A stretch of 58,863 nt of DNA, filler included. It is 4 parts of 4 records of this genome, joined end to end, with 100 filler letters (N's around TTAATTAATTAA, not from the genome) between each part and the next. Parts side by side here need not be neighbours in the genome. Positions count along the whole stretch, not along the records: positions 1 to 23,667 come from DRR723986_6465; 3 more parts are not named here. The stretch is one strand, 5' to 3'. The notes under the pieces are model-generated. The model ran no database searches. It saw only the letters and a program-made list of their open reading frames with translations, and was not told the origin of the DNA. Each line of letters starts with the position of its first letter. Position 1 is the stretch's first letter. Positions 1 to 11,448 of this stretch are shown piece by piece. Both the position numbers and the translations under genes were made by a program.

Positions 1-1
1 G

Positions 2-1261
<1,260 letters not shown>

Positions 1262-1267
1262 CGGACC

Positions 1268-1298
1268 GATCCAGCGGCGTTATCAGCGCCGCTGGATC
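1268..1298. terminator. Hairpin between convergent genes, probable terminator
   Basis: GATCCAGCGGCG-7nt-CGCCGCTGGATC perfect 12-bp stem just after the tex stop; no strong U-tract. Confidence 0.65.
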
Positions 1299-1304
1299 AA
1301 CCTG

Positions 1305-2243
1305 TTACTGATTTTCGTAACAGTTATCGATGCCCGAAGGCGACTGGAGCAAGAGCTGACGCCCCTTGCTGTGAACCGTGTACTGACCGTCCGTATAACG
1401 CGCGCCTGACCCTGAGACGACCTGCTCGAGCCGTCTCGGCGTGTGACCGTCAATGGTATAGATCAGGTGGCCGTTGCCGCTTTGCACGTAGGTGGCGGTC
1501 AAAGGCAATCCTTCGGTGCACGTGTAATGCACTGTGATTGAGTCACCGGCGGCCGGCTGCGCCACATTGCCAGCTGCTGCCGGTTGATAGTTGCGCGCCG
1601 GAAAGGCATCGGTGATCTGGTAAAGGTCCGACCGCGGCCCATTTCCCTGCGCATAAAGGATCATGCGCCGATGCAGATCCAGCTGCAGCGTCACATTTCT
1701 TGAAGCATCGTGTAAATACACCGACCAGTCGTCCCGGCCGAATTCCTGAAAATAGAAATTCACGGTGCCGTAGACGTCCGCTTCCTGCCACTGGCCGTTT
1801 CCAACGTTTGTGAAACTGCCGCCAGAATGCCGGACGACACCAACATTCTGGCCATTCACACCAGGAGCTGCCGACAGTTGACCGCCAGGTTGCTGCGGAA
1901 CCGGGTTCTGGACCTGAGGCCGGCCTCCGCAGACCTCGTATATCCCCGGGTATGGGCGCTCCGAGCAGAACAGCCCGCCCCAGTGATAGCCCGTCTGTCC
2001 GTTGCGATACCTGACCTGGAACCACTCGTATCCATTCATCATGACCCCGGTACCGGACAGGATCAAAATGGCATCTCCCTGACGGAGACTGCCGCTTTGC
2101 CCGTATTGCATACCAGGACCACTGCGAACCTTGCCGCCGTAGGATGCCCCATTCTGCGGGAAATCGACGTCCGGTGAGGCGAAAGCGAAATTGGGCGACA
2201 AAACAAGTGCTGTCAGCACGACAAAAAGAGAAAACTTGCTCAT
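1305..2243 (-). CDS. Secreted protein: bacterial SH3 domain + Q/P linker + unnamed central domain + C-terminal MliC/PliC-like lysozyme-inhibitor domain
   Basis: Signal peptide; SH3-like VRSGPG..Y...WFQVRY...GYHWGG; C-terminal YTC...LEQVVSGSGARY...HSKG...C is the MliC signature. Confidence 0.75.
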   Translation of the reverse strand: MSKFSLFVVLTALVLSPNFAFASPDVDFPQNGASYGGKVRSGPGMQYGQSGSLRQGDAILILSGTGVMMNGYEWFQVRYRNGQTGYHWGGLFCSERPYPGIYEVCGGRPQVQNPVPQQPGGQLSAAPGVNGQNVGVVRHSGGSFTNVGNGQWQEADVYGTVNFYFQEFGRDDWSVYLHDASRNVTLQLDLHRRMILYAQGNGPRSDLYQITDAFPARNYQPAAAGNVAQPAAGDSITVHYTCTEGLPLTATYVQSGNGHLIYTIDGHTPRRLEQVVSGSGARYTDGQYTVHSKGRQLLLQSPSGIDNCYENQ

Positions 2244-2495
2244 CAAAATGCCTGTTCTATTGATGTTTCTTAAGAGGAAATGCAGCGTCTTCGAAGAAAA
2301 ATACTGAATTCAAAAACGAACTTTAGGTCACACGAACAGGAAAGGGAACCTCGTTTTGCGGCTGCCTGCGCAGCACTTTGTCAGATTGGCAGCGCGCCCC
2401 CTGCCCCGGCTTCGCCATGGTCAATTTTGCCCCTCTGGCAATAGCGGGAAACTGCATTACTCTGTTTTACCAAGAAGTCCGTTTAGGAACGGAAT

Positions 2496-3182
2496 ATGTC
2501 TCAGAAGGATCAGGAACAGGACTGGCCCAAGCAGGACATGGAGTCCGGCACGCTCACCGCGCTTGCCCACCTTTACCGCGCTGAGGTGTTTCGCAGCACC
2601 CATTGGCGCACCCGCCTCGACAACACCACCAACTGGGCCGTCGTCACCACCGGCATCGCGCTGTCCGCGACATTCTCCAACAAGGAAGCATCACCCTTGC
2701 CCATGGTGCTGGTGGGGCTGCTGGTAACTGTTTTCCTGATCTTCGAAGCTCGCCGCTACCGCTACTACAACATGTTTCGGGCGCGGGCTCGGCTGATGGA
2801 GACGGACTTTTACGCGCCCATCCTCGCCGGAGGCAAAGTGCCCATGCGCGGAAGCTGGGCAACGATGCTCTCCGACGACTATGAAATGCCGCATTATCAT
2901 ATTTCGCTGGTCAGGGCGGCAGGACGGCGCTTGCGCAGCAACTATTCCTGGATCCTGGCGATCCAGGCTGTCGCCTACTACGGCAAGCTGGCGATACACC
3001 CTGTCCCACTGACCAGCCTTGCCGATGTCTTCCACCGGGCGGCGATAGGGCCGATCCCCGGGTGGACCGTCATGCTTGCAGGTCTTGTCTTTCATACCAG
3101 CTGGGTGGTGTTTGCCATCGTGACCTTGCGGCTGGACAAGCTCTACCGGGAAAAACGCCGCTCGCCGATGCAGTCGATCTGA
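2496..3182 (+). CDS. DUF2270 family integral membrane protein
   Basis: LAHLYRAEV.RS..WRTRLDNTTNWAVV and EARRYRYY motifs; several TM helices. Confidence 0.88.
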   Translation: MSQKDQEQDWPKQDMESGTLTALAHLYRAEVFRSTHWRTRLDNTTNWAVVTTGIALSATFSNKEASPLPMVLVGLLVTVFLIFEARRYRYYNMFRARARLMETDFYAPILAGGKVPMRGSWATMLSDDYEMPHYHISLVRAAGRRLRSNYSWILAIQAVAYYGKLAIHPVPLTSLADVFHRAAIGPIPGWTVMLAGLVFHTSWVVFAIVTLRLDKLYREKRRSPMQSI

Positions 3183-3406
3183 AACAGCCGATGTCAGCTT
3201 CGAGAAGCACATGTCTTTTCCTCCGGCAGCAGGGTGTGGTATGGGCCTCTCAGTCCACTTCGGAGATTTTATGTCCTGACCTCTCGGGCACCCGTAGGTG
3301 CCCATCCGCAAATCGCCTCCAGCTGTTCCGGATTGCGTTTGCCAAACCTGAAGAGAGACACCACCCGGTCGTGACCTCATGATCGGACGAGGACAATGTT
3401 ATCCAA

Positions 3407-3832
3407 ATGATCAGACCCTATGTCAGCCAAGACGCTGAACGGATCATCCATATCTGGCGCAAGGCCAGTGAATTCGCCCACCCGTTTCTGAGCGACGACT
3501 TCCACGACATGGCCGCCACCGCCATCCGCGACATCTATCTGCCGAAGGCGGAAACCTACGTCACGGAGATCAACAGTGTTGCCGTCGGCTTCATCTCGCT
3601 GCTGGACAACTACATCGGCGGCTTGTTTCTGGATCCCCAATATCATGGACGTGGCCTCGGAAGGGCCCTTGTGGATCACGCGGTCAAACAGAAGGGGCCG
3701 CTCACCGTTGAAGTCTTCAAGGAGAATGCTCGCGGCCGGCGTTTTTACACCGCCTATGGCTTTGTGCCGACCGAAGAATACTTTCACGAGCAGGCACAGC
3801 ACATCAGCATTAAAATGACGATGAAGCCCTGA
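3407..3832 (+). CDS. GNAT family N-acetyltransferase
   Basis: AHPFLS; LFLDPQYHGRGLGRAL acetyl-CoA motif; N.RGRRFY...GF. Confidence 0.92.
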   Translation: MIRPYVSQDAERIIHIWRKASEFAHPFLSDDFHDMAATAIRDIYLPKAETYVTEINSVAVGFISLLDNYIGGLFLDPQYHGRGLGRALVDHAVKQKGPLTVEVFKENARGRRFYTAYGFVPTEEYFHEQAQHISIKMTMKP

Positions 3833-3833
3833 C

Positions 3834-3861
3834 AAAAAAGCGGCGGCCTACGGGCCGCCGC
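3834..3861 (-). terminator. Rho-independent terminator for the minus-strand dehydrogenase (possibly bidirectional)
   Basis: AAAAAA followed by GCGGCGGCC-TACG-GGCCGCCGC. Confidence 0.8.
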
Positions 3862-3874
3862 AACTGGCTTTGGC

Positions 3875-5116
3875 TCAGAACCGGCTTGCCGCAAAGGGCG
3901 CTGGATCGATATCGGGCCGCACGCCCTCGATCATGTCCGCAATCATCTGCCCTGTGACGGCAGATTGCGTCAGACCGTGGTGGGCGTGCCCAAAGGCATA
4001 AAAGATCCTGCTATGCCGTGTTGCCGGCGAGATGACCGGCAGGCTGTCAGGAATCGACGGGCGGAACCCCATCCAGCGTTTGCCGCCTTCCGACTTGAGC
4101 TCCGGGAAAAACAGCTTTGCCTTGGCCAGCATTGCGTCCACGCGACGCCAGTTCGGCGGCAGGTCGAGACCGCCGAATTCCACCGCCCCGCCGACGCGCA
4201 AGCCGCTCGAAAGACGCGACAGGACGAACCCGTGACCGGACAGCATGATCATGCGGTTCACGTTAACGCCGGGGTTCGGGATGGTGATGTTGTAACCGCG
4301 CTCCGTATCCAGCGGGATCTGATCTCCCAGCTGCGCGGCAAGGGTCTTCGACCATGCCCCGCAGGCAATCACCAGTCGCTCGGCCGCGATCGTGCTGCCA
4401 TCTTTCAGGATCACGTCACAGCCCTTGTCATTGGGCTGCAAGCGGCTGACCTCACCAACCTCGAACTTGACCCCCTGAGATGACAGCCACTCGGCGACCG
4501 AAAGGCAAAGGACCTTGGGCTCATCCACCTGCACCCAGTCCGGCACGAGTGCCCCGCCAACGACACGGGAAGAAAGGTCCGGTTCCAGATCCCGGATCGC
4601 TGATGCATCCAGCTCCTCAACCTTGATGCCGTAGTCGCGCTGCTCGGCCCAGCCCGCGCGCGAGGCTTCAAGCGACTGCACCGTGTCGAACAGTTCCAGG
4701 CAGCCGTCCCGGCGCACCTGGTTGTGGGTTCCCGTTGTCCGCCAGAGCGCTTCCCACGCCGGAAGAGCGCCTCCATTCAGATCCGCCAGCGCCTTCGTGC
4801 TCTGCGCCACCTTTGCGGGGTTTGAAGCCGCCATGAAACGCAGCATCCACGGCAGAATCTTGAGCGCATAAGCCGGACGGACCGACAAGGGACCCAGCGG
4901 ATCCAGCATCCATTTGAAGGCCTGTTTCCAAAGACCAGGCGAAGCAAGAGGCGCAACGTCTGTCCAGGCGATGGCAGCCGCGTTGCCCTGGCTTGCGCCT
5001 GCCGCAGGGCCTTCGCGGTCCAGCACCGTAACGCCATATCCGCGTTGCACCAGGCTGGCAGCAGTCGCCAGCCCGACGATGCCCGCACCAACCACATGGA
5101 CATGTCCCTTGCTCAT
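3875..5116 (-). CDS. FAD-dependent oxidoreductase, D-amino acid dehydrogenase (DadA/DAO) family
   Basis: VVGAGIVG FAD motif, ASQGNA, WMGFRPSIPDSLPVI, AFGHAHHGLT; start set at MSKGHV. Confidence 0.92.
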   Translation of the reverse strand: MSKGHVHVVGAGIVGLATAASLVQRGYGVTVLDREGPAAGASQGNAAAIAWTDVAPLASPGLWKQAFKWMLDPLGPLSVRPAYALKILPWMLRFMAASNPAKVAQSTKALADLNGGALPAWEALWRTTGTHNQVRRDGCLELFDTVQSLEASRAGWAEQRDYGIKVEELDASAIRDLEPDLSSRVVGGALVPDWVQVDEPKVLCLSVAEWLSSQGVKFEVGEVSRLQPNDKGCDVILKDGSTIAAERLVIACGAWSKTLAAQLGDQIPLDTERGYNITIPNPGVNVNRMIMLSGHGFVLSRLSSGLRVGGAVEFGGLDLPPNWRRVDAMLAKAKLFFPELKSEGGKRWMGFRPSIPDSLPVISPATRHSRIFYAFGHAHHGLTQSAVTGQMIADMIEGVRPDIDPAPFAASRF

Positions 5117-5262
5117 TCGGCGTGTCTTTTCTCGTTCGCGATCAACGACCTGGTTGGCGAAACAATGCGGATGTCGCAAGGATCCACCGACCGGACCAAC
5201 AGTCTGTTTTCAGGTTCACCGTCCTGCCAGAACCGGCAAGGCTCGTCTAGCGGCTGACCTTC

Positions 5263-5272
5263 TGATATATCA
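5263..5272. promoter_or_regulatory. Palindromic candidate GntR operator
   Basis: Perfect palindrome TGATATATCA in the divergent gap, about 36 nt upstream of the GntR start. Confidence 0.5.
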
Positions 5273-5308
5273 CTCGCACATCTGAAACATATAAAGGCCC
5301 AGACTTTC

Positions 5309-5956
5309 ATGTCCGCAGATTTCAGCCGATCCACTCAGGCCTACCGCCTGCTGGAAGAAGAAATCGTGACCCTGAAACTGAAACCAGGGGCAACCGTAAC
5401 GGAAGCCGCGCTTACACAGAGACTGGGTTTTGGCAGAACACCCATACGCGAAGCCATTCAGCGGCTGTCCTGGGAAGGCCTTTTGAGCATCCGGCCGCGG
5501 CTTGGCATTGTCGTTGCGGAAATGAACCCGTCCGATTTTCTGAAGGTCCTTGAGGCCCGCCACGCCCTGGAACGTCTCGTTGCAGGGCTGGCAGCGCGGC
5601 TTGCCAGCAAGGACGACCGCAGAACCCTTGAAGCGATTGCGCTAGACATGCGCGAGGCGGCTGCGAAGCCGGACGTGGCGGATTATCTGCGCCTGGACAA
5701 AGCCTTCGACGAAGTCGTCTCGGCCGCTGCCTGCAACCCCTTTGCAGCAAAGGCTCTGGCCCCCTTGCAGACGCAGAGCCGCCGGTTCTGGTACCGCCAT
5801 TTTGGTGAGGAAGATCTCACCCCGGCAGCCTGGAGCCACATGGAGGTCATGCGCGCCGTTGCTGCCGGAGACGAGGCCGCCGCGATGGATCACGCGGAAA
5901 ACCTGATGCTGTACCTGCGCCGTCAGGCAACGACGCTAGTCAGCGGCTCCGGTTAG
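5309..5956 (+). CDS. GntR (FadR/FCD) family transcriptional regulator
   Basis: [15 protein letters not shown]...[15 protein letters not shown] wHTH plus FCD domain. Confidence 0.95.
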   Translation: MSADFSRSTQAYRLLEEEIVTLKLKPGATVTEAALTQRLGFGRTPIREAIQRLSWEGLLSIRPRLGIVVAEMNPSDFLKVLEARHALERLVAGLAARLASKDDRRTLEAIALDMREAAAKPDVADYLRLDKAFDEVVSAAACNPFAAKALAPLQTQSRRFWYRHFGEEDLTPAAWSHMEVMRAVAAGDEAAAMDHAENLMLYLRRQATTLVSGSG

Positions 5957-6999
5957 GCAGCCGCCGGAAAGTGAGACCGTGTCCGGTTTGCAAAGGCGAC
6001 CAGCGACAGCATCACCGGCACTTCCACAAGAACACCGACAACCGTCGCAAGGGCAGCGCCCGAGTTCAGACCGAACAGGCTGATGGCAACGGCCACGGCA
6101 AGTTCGAAGAAGTTGGACGTCCCGATCAGCGCTGCCGGCGCGGCGGTGTTGAACGGCACCCGCCACAGATACCCCCAGGCGTAGGCGACGAAGAAAATGC
6201 CATAGCTCTGGATAAGCAGGGGCACGGCAATCAACACGATCACCAGCGGCTTTTCCAGGATGGTCTGCGCCTGAAGTCCGAACAGCAGGACAACGGTTGC
6301 CAGAAGACCCATGACGGAGAAGGGTTTGACCTTTCCCGTGAACTCGGCGATGCGCTCATCGCTCCCTGATCCATCCAGCGCCTTGCGGGTAAAATAGCCG
6401 GCCACCAGCGGAATGATCACATAAAGGATCACCGACAGCAGCAAGGTCTGCCACGGTACGACAATGTCGGTCACACCAAGCAGCAGCGCTGCGATGGGCG
6501 CGAAGGCAAACACCATGATGATGTCGTTGATGGAGACCTGGACAAGCGTGTAGTTGGCATCGCCGCGCACCAGCTGGCTCCAGACGAAGACCATGGCCGT
6601 GCACGGCGCGACCCCGAGCAGGATCATGCCGGCGATGTACTCTTTCGCAGTCTGCGGATCCACCAGCCCCGCAAATACGTGCTCGAAGAACAGGATCCCG
6701 AGCGCAGCCATCGTGAAGGGCTTGACCAGCCAGTTGACGACGATCGTGATGCAGAGCCCCTTGGGCTTGCGGCCGACATCCTTCAGCGAGGCAAAATCGA
6801 CGTTGACCATCATCGGGTAGATCATCACCCAGATGAGTACGGCCACAACCAGATTGACGCTGGCATATTCCAGTGAGGCGATCGCCTCGAAGACCCCGGG
6901 AAAGAGGGCGCCGAGCCCGACCCCGGCGGCAATGCACAAGGCAACCCAGAGCGACAAGAAGCGCTCGAAGAGCCCCATGGGTGACGTTTCCTGTGTCAT
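5953..6999 (-). CDS. acr3: ACR3 family arsenite efflux transporter
   Basis: [48 protein letters not shown]. Confidence 0.97.
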   Translation of the reverse strand: MTQETSPMGLFERFLSLWVALCIAAGVGLGALFPGVFEAIASLEYASVNLVVAVLIWVMIYPMMVNVDFASLKDVGRKPKGLCITIVVNWLVKPFTMAALGILFFEHVFAGLVDPQTAKEYIAGMILLGVAPCTAMVFVWSQLVRGDANYTLVQVSINDIIMVFAFAPIAALLLGVTDIVVPWQTLLLSVILYVIIPLVAGYFTRKALDGSGSDERIAEFTGKVKPFSVMGLLATVVLLFGLQAQTILEKPLVIVLIAVPLLIQSYGIFFVAYAWGYLWRVPFNTAAPAALIGTSNFFELAVAVAISLFGLNSGAALATVVGVLVEVPVMLSLVAFANRTRSHFPAAA

Positions 7000-7024
7000 T
7001 CCAACTCTCTCTCACATCGGCATT

Positions 7025-7141
7025 TCAGCAAACCAGGGAGCAGCGTGGAAAACCTGCCCGAGGTGTCTCAACATCAATTCGCTCAAAACCGGTCACGCAG
7101 CTTGTCTTGCTGCCGAAAGGAACCTTCCGGCATCCAGGCAT
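7025..7141 (-). CDS. Putative 38-aa Cys-containing small protein between arsR and acr3
   Basis: Read by hand: AGGA 7 nt upstream of ATG; MPGCRKVPFGSKTSCVTGFERIDVETPRAGFPRCSLVC*; no recognised homology. Confidence 0.3.
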   Translation of the reverse strand: MPGCRKVPFGSKTSCVTGFERIDVETPRAGFPRCSLVC

Positions 7142-7157
7142 ATCTGTTTCCTGAATG

Positions 7158-7511
7158 TCAGCACTTCCCACCTGGTTCACAGCCGCCACCGGCCACAAGC
7201 GATGCGATCGGTGCGCAGAGTTCAGGGTTGCCGCCGCAGCAATCCTGCAACAGGTAGGTCACGAGGCCCTGCATCGCTTCCAGGCTCGCCCGATAACAAA
7301 TCGAGCGCCCGTCCCGTTCGGCGTGCACAAGGCCGGATCGGGACAAGGCGCCCAGGTGGGTCGACAGGGTATTCGGACGCACATCGAGTGCATCTGAGAT
7401 GGCACCGGCGGTTATGCCTTCTTTTCCGGCCTTCACCAACAGGCGAAAGACGTCGAGGCGGGTTTCCTGACCAAGAGCTGCCAATGCATTCAGGGCGTCT
7501 TCTTTTTCCAT
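7158..7511 (-). CDS. arsR: ArsR/SmtB arsenic-responsive repressor
   Basis: ALAALGQETRLDVFRLLV...NTLSTHL..L.RSGLV...RDGRSI.Y; C-terminal DCCGGNPELC As(III) site; upstream of acr3. Confidence 0.95.
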   Translation of the reverse strand: MEKEDALNALAALGQETRLDVFRLLVKAGKEGITAGAISDALDVRPNTLSTHLGALSRSGLVHAERDGRSICYRASLEAMQGLVTYLLQDCCGGNPELCAPIASLVAGGGCEPGGKC

Positions 7512-7537
7512 ATTTCGAGAATACTCGAAATATGGAA
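7506..7537. promoter_or_regulatory. Probable ArsR operator overlapping the arsR start codon
   Basis: Perfect inverted repeat TTCCATATTTCGAG-AATA-CTCGAAATATGGAA (14-bp arms). Confidence 0.75.
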
Positions 7538-7642
7538 CTATGCAACCCAAAAATTGCTGCGTTGCGAGAAGTTGCAAACCGAAGCTGCGACCGGGCGGGA
7601 ATGTGAGCGCAGGTCAATCCAGGCAGCTCCGTGACCGAAAGC

Positions 7643-7677
7643 AAAAGACCCCCGCTCCGGAAAGAGCGAGGGTCTTG
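7643..7677 (-). terminator. Terminator downstream of dppF
   Basis: AAAAGACCCCCGCTC-CGGAAA-GAGCGAGGGTCTT stem with an A-run on the + strand. Confidence 0.6.
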
Positions 7678-7704
7678 TTTTCAGCGTCTGACAGAACTGC
7701 CGGT

Positions 7705-8535
7705 TCAGGCAGCCTTTGCAGCCAGTCGTTTCCTGATGCTTTCCACATCCGCGTTCGGCGTCGCGGCGAACAGTGTCTTGGTGTAATCGTGCTGCGGGTT
7801 CTCGAAAACCTCGTCCCGCGTGCCGTATTCCACCACTTCACCGAAATACATCACCATCACCTTGTCTGCGATGTAGCGCACCACCGACAGGTCGTGAGAG
7901 ATGAACACATAGGTGAGGCCCATCTCTTCCTGCAGGTCTGCAAGCAGGTTCAGAATCTGCGCCTGGACCGACAGGTCAAGCGCGGAGACCGGTTCGTCGA
8001 GCACCAGCAACTTCGGCTTCATCATGATCGCCCGCGCAATTGCGATGCGCTGGCGCTGGCCACCGGAGAACATGTGCGGATAACGGCCGTAGTGCTCGGG
8101 CTGCAACCCGACCTTCTCCAGCATCTGCAGCGCCAGGTCACGGCGCTCTGCCGACGGCATGTCGGTGTTCAGGAGAAGCGGCTCTTCCAGAACATGGCCG
8201 ATCTTCTGGCGCGGGTTCAGCGAGCCATAGGGGTTCTGGAAAACGATCTGCACCTTCTGGCGCATTTCGCGGGAAATACCGGTCTTGGAGATATCGATCG
8301 GCAGGCCGTCGATCTCGATAAGGCCGGAAGACTGCGCGTCGATCATGGTGAGCATGCGCGCAAGGGTCGACTTGCCACAGCCACTTTCGCCGACCACGGC
8401 AAGGGTTGTGCCGCGTTCCACATCCAGGTTCACGCCCTTGACGGCGGTCAGGGTCGACGCCTTCTTGAACATGCCGCCCTTGATGTCATAGGTCCGGTAC
8501 AGATCGCGGACCTTGAGGATCACATCGTCAGCCAT
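7705..8535 (-). CDS. dppF: Dipeptide ABC transporter ATP-binding subunit
   Basis: GESGCGKS Walker [29 protein letters not shown]; operon position. Confidence 0.93.
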   Translation of the reverse strand: MADDVILKVRDLYRTYDIKGGMFKKASTLTAVKGVNLDVERGTTLAVVGESGCGKSTLARMLTMIDAQSSGLIEIDGLPIDISKTGISREMRQKVQIVFQNPYGSLNPRQKIGHVLEEPLLLNTDMPSAERRDLALQMLEKVGLQPEHYGRYPHMFSGGQRQRIAIARAIMMKPKLLVLDEPVSALDLSVQAQILNLLADLQEEMGLTYVFISHDLSVVRYIADKVMVMYFGEVVEYGTRDEVFENPQHDYTKTLFAATPNADVESIRKRLAAKAA

Positions 8536-8536
8536 C

Positions 8537-9373
8537 TCAGAAACCTCCCGCTTCGGCAAAGTCGCTCACCGTCGGCAAGCGGTCGCCCGTGGCATTCTCC
8601 GGCAGCGCTGAAAGCAATGCCTTCGTATACGGGTTCTTGGGGTTTTCGAAGAGGGACAGCACGTCGGCCTCCTCCATCTTGCGGCCCTTGTACTGCACGA
8701 TGACACGATCGGCCGTTTCGGCCACCACGCCCATGTCATGGGTAATCATGATCAGCCCCATGCCGCTGTCCTGCTGCAGCTTGACCAGGAGATCCAGGAT
8801 CTGTTTCTGGATCGTCACGTCTAGGGCAGTCGTCGGCTCGTCGGCGATCAGCAGTTTCGGGGCACAGGCAATTGCCATGGCGATCATCACGCGCTGGCAC
8901 TGGCCGCCGGACATCTGATGCGGAAATGCGGACAGGCGTTCGGCTGGGTTCGGAATACCGACGGAGGTCAGGATCTCGACCACCCGGTCCCGGGCCTTAC
9001 GTCCCTTCAACCCCATGTGGGTCTTCAATGTTTCACTGAGCTGGAAGCCAACCGTGAAACACGGGTTGAGACTGGCAATCGGCTCCTGGAAGATCATCGA
9101 GATGTCTTTCCCGATCACCCGGCGCCGCTCCTTGGCCGACAGGGTGCGCAGGTCGAGACCCTCGAATTCCATCTTGTCGGCGGTGATCGTTGCCGTGTTC
9201 GGTAGCAGACCCATGGTCGCCAGCATGGCAACGGATTTTCCGGACCCGGATTCGCCGACGATCGCCAGGACCTCGCCTGCATCGACCGCATAATCAACGC
9301 CGTCGAGCGCCTTGAACGGGCCCTTGGCGGTGTCGAACTCGACCTTCAGGTTTCTGATTTCAAGAAGAGACAT
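8537..9373 (-). CDS. dppD: Dipeptide ABC transporter ATP-binding subunit
   Basis: [32 protein letters not shown]. Confidence 0.93.
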   Translation of the reverse strand: MSLLEIRNLKVEFDTAKGPFKALDGVDYAVDAGEVLAIVGESGSGKSVAMLATMGLLPNTATITADKMEFEGLDLRTLSAKERRRVIGKDISMIFQEPIASLNPCFTVGFQLSETLKTHMGLKGRKARDRVVEILTSVGIPNPAERLSAFPHQMSGGQCQRVMIAMAIACAPKLLIADEPTTALDVTIQKQILDLLVKLQQDSGMGLIMITHDMGVVAETADRVIVQYKGRKMEEADVLSLFENPKNPYTKALLSALPENATGDRLPTVSDFAEAGGF

Positions 9374-9376
9374 GGC

Positions 9377-10306
9377 TTAGCTCCTCTTCAGTTTCGGGTC
9401 GAGCGCATCGCGCAGACCGTCACCGACCAGGTTGATGGCAAGAACGGTGATCAGGATCGCCAGACCCGGGAAGGTTACAACCCACCACGCGCGCAGGATG
9501 AATTCACGCGCTTCGGCAAGCATGGTGCCCCATTCCGGTGTTGGCGGCTGTGCTCCCATACCCAGGAAGCCGAGGGCAGCCGCATCCAGGATCGCGTTGG
9601 AGAACGACAGCGTCGCCTGAACGATCAGCGGCGCCAGACAGTTGGGCAGGATTGTCTTGAACATCAGCCGCATGTGCCCCGCACCTGCCACCTTCGCCGC
9701 GACGACATAGTCCCGTGTACGTTCGGACAGGACGGCCGCGCGGGTCAGACGCACGAAATGCGGCTGCAGCACGATGGCAATTGCGATCATGGCGTTGATC
9801 AGCCCGGGTCCCAGGATAGCCACCAGCACGAGGGCCAGCAGAAGCGAGGGGAATGCCAGGATGATGTCCATCACACGCATGATCAGCGTGTCGGTCATGC
9901 CGCGCATGTAACCGGCGACAAGGCCGATCACGACACCGCCGACAAGGGCGATGGTGACGACGACAACACCGATGAACAGCGAGAAGCGCGCGCCGAAGAT
10001 GAGGCGCGAAAGAATATCACGGCCAACGGCGTCCGTTCCGAGCAGGAACGCGGCCTTGCCGCCCTCCTCCCAGACCGGAGGCACGAGGAAACTGTCGCGA
10101 TACTGAAAGTCGGGACTATGCGGTGCGACCAGCGGCGCGAAGATGGCCATGAGGACCAGCAACGCGAACACCACGAGGCCGACAACGGCACCCTTGTTCT
10201 GTGAGAAGTAGTACCAGAACTCGACAAGCTGCGCCTTGGTGGCGTTGCGGCTTTCTGCCTGGAGCTTGGTCTGATCGGCTTTCGCAGCCGGCGAGGTATT
10301 TGTCAT
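9377..10306 (-). CDS. dppC: Dipeptide ABC transporter permease
   Basis: LLGTDAVGRDILSRLIFGAR, LGFLGMGAQPPTPEWG, GDGLRDALDPK. Confidence 0.95.
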   Translation of the reverse strand: MTNTSPAAKADQTKLQAESRNATKAQLVEFWYYFSQNKGAVVGLVVFALLVLMAIFAPLVAPHSPDFQYRDSFLVPPVWEEGGKAAFLLGTDAVGRDILSRLIFGARFSLFIGVVVVTIALVGGVVIGLVAGYMRGMTDTLIMRVMDIILAFPSLLLALVLVAILGPGLINAMIAIAIVLQPHFVRLTRAAVLSERTRDYVVAAKVAGAGHMRLMFKTILPNCLAPLIVQATLSFSNAILDAAALGFLGMGAQPPTPEWGTMLAEAREFILRAWWVVTFPGLAILITVLAINLVGDGLRDALDPKLKRS

Positions 10307-10322
10307 TTTCCTTGTCCCCGGC

Positions 10323-11330
10323 TCAGTTGTGGCGAATTCGCGGATTGATCAGGCCGTAGAGTACGTCCACGATCAGGTTGACCATCATGATGATCCCGGC
10401 AATCAGCAGCAGACCACCCTGGACCACGAAGTAGTCGCGGCGAGAGATGCTGTCGACGAGCCATTTGCCGATGCCAGGCCAGGAGAAGATAGTCTCTGTC
10501 AGGATCGCGCCGGCAAGAAGCACGCCGACCTGCAGGCCGATGGTGGTCACCACCGGGATAAGGGCATTGCGCAGCGCATGCAGACCGATCACCGCGCGGG
10601 GCGGCAGGCCTTTCGCGCGGGCCGTGCGCACATAGTCCTCGCCCAGAACTTCCAGCATGGCGGATCGTGTCTGGCGTGCGATCACCGCCATCGGAATGGT
10701 CGCCAGAACGATGGACGGCAGGATCAGGTGCCGGACGGCGGAGAGGAAGGCCCCCTTCTCGCCGGACAGCAGACTGTCGATCAGCATGAAGCCGGTGACC
10801 TGCGGGAAGAAGAACATCAGCGAGATGCGCCCGGAGACCGGTGTCCAGCCGAGGGTTCCCGAAAACAGGATGATCAGCAGCAGGCCCCACCAGAAGATCG
10901 GCATCGAGTAGCCGACCAGCGCCGTGCCCATGATTGCCTGGTCGGCAACCGATCCGCGCTTCACGGCCGCGAAGATGCCGGCGGGAATGCCAAGGCAGAC
11001 GGCAATGATGATGGCGCAGAGCGCGAGTTCGGCAGTCGCCGGAAACAGTGTCAGAAATTCATCCAGCACCGGCTTCTTCGACACGAAGGACGTGCCCAGA
11101 TCCCCCTGGAAGATACCTGCGATGTAGTCGAGGTACTGTTGCCAGAGCGGTTTGTCGAAGCCAAGCTGGCCAAGGACCTGAGCCCTCCGCTCATCAGATA
11201 TACCGCGCTCGCCTGCGAGCAGTTCGGCAGGATCGCCGGGCAGCATGCGGATAAACGAGAAGGCGACGAGGGTGACGCCGAAGAATGTCGGTATCAACAG
11301 GCCGAGACGACCTAGAAGAAAGCGAAGCAT
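10323..11330 (-). CDS. dppB: Dipeptide ABC transporter permease
   Basis: PGDPA, DYVRTARAKGL EAA loop, ETIFSWPGIG, INPRIR. Confidence 0.95.
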   Translation of the reverse strand: MLRFLLGRLGLLIPTFFGVTLVAFSFIRMLPGDPAELLAGERGISDERRAQVLGQLGFDKPLWQQYLDYIAGIFQGDLGTSFVSKKPVLDEFLTLFPATAELALCAIIIAVCLGIPAGIFAAVKRGSVADQAIMGTALVGYSMPIFWWGLLLIILFSGTLGWTPVSGRISLMFFFPQVTGFMLIDSLLSGEKGAFLSAVRHLILPSIVLATIPMAVIARQTRSAMLEVLGEDYVRTARAKGLPPRAVIGLHALRNALIPVVTTIGLQVGVLLAGAILTETIFSWPGIGKWLVDSISRRDYFVVQGGLLLIAGIIMMVNLIVDVLYGLINPRIRHN

Positions 11331-11448
11331 GTCAGGTTCCAGATACGAAGAGCCAGCGGAAACGACCTGATGTCAGGAAAGCATCCGCCGGCCAGAAAGT
11401 CCGAAGGCGCCGGCATTGCTGCCAGCGCCCTCTTCGAGTTAGGCGGAT

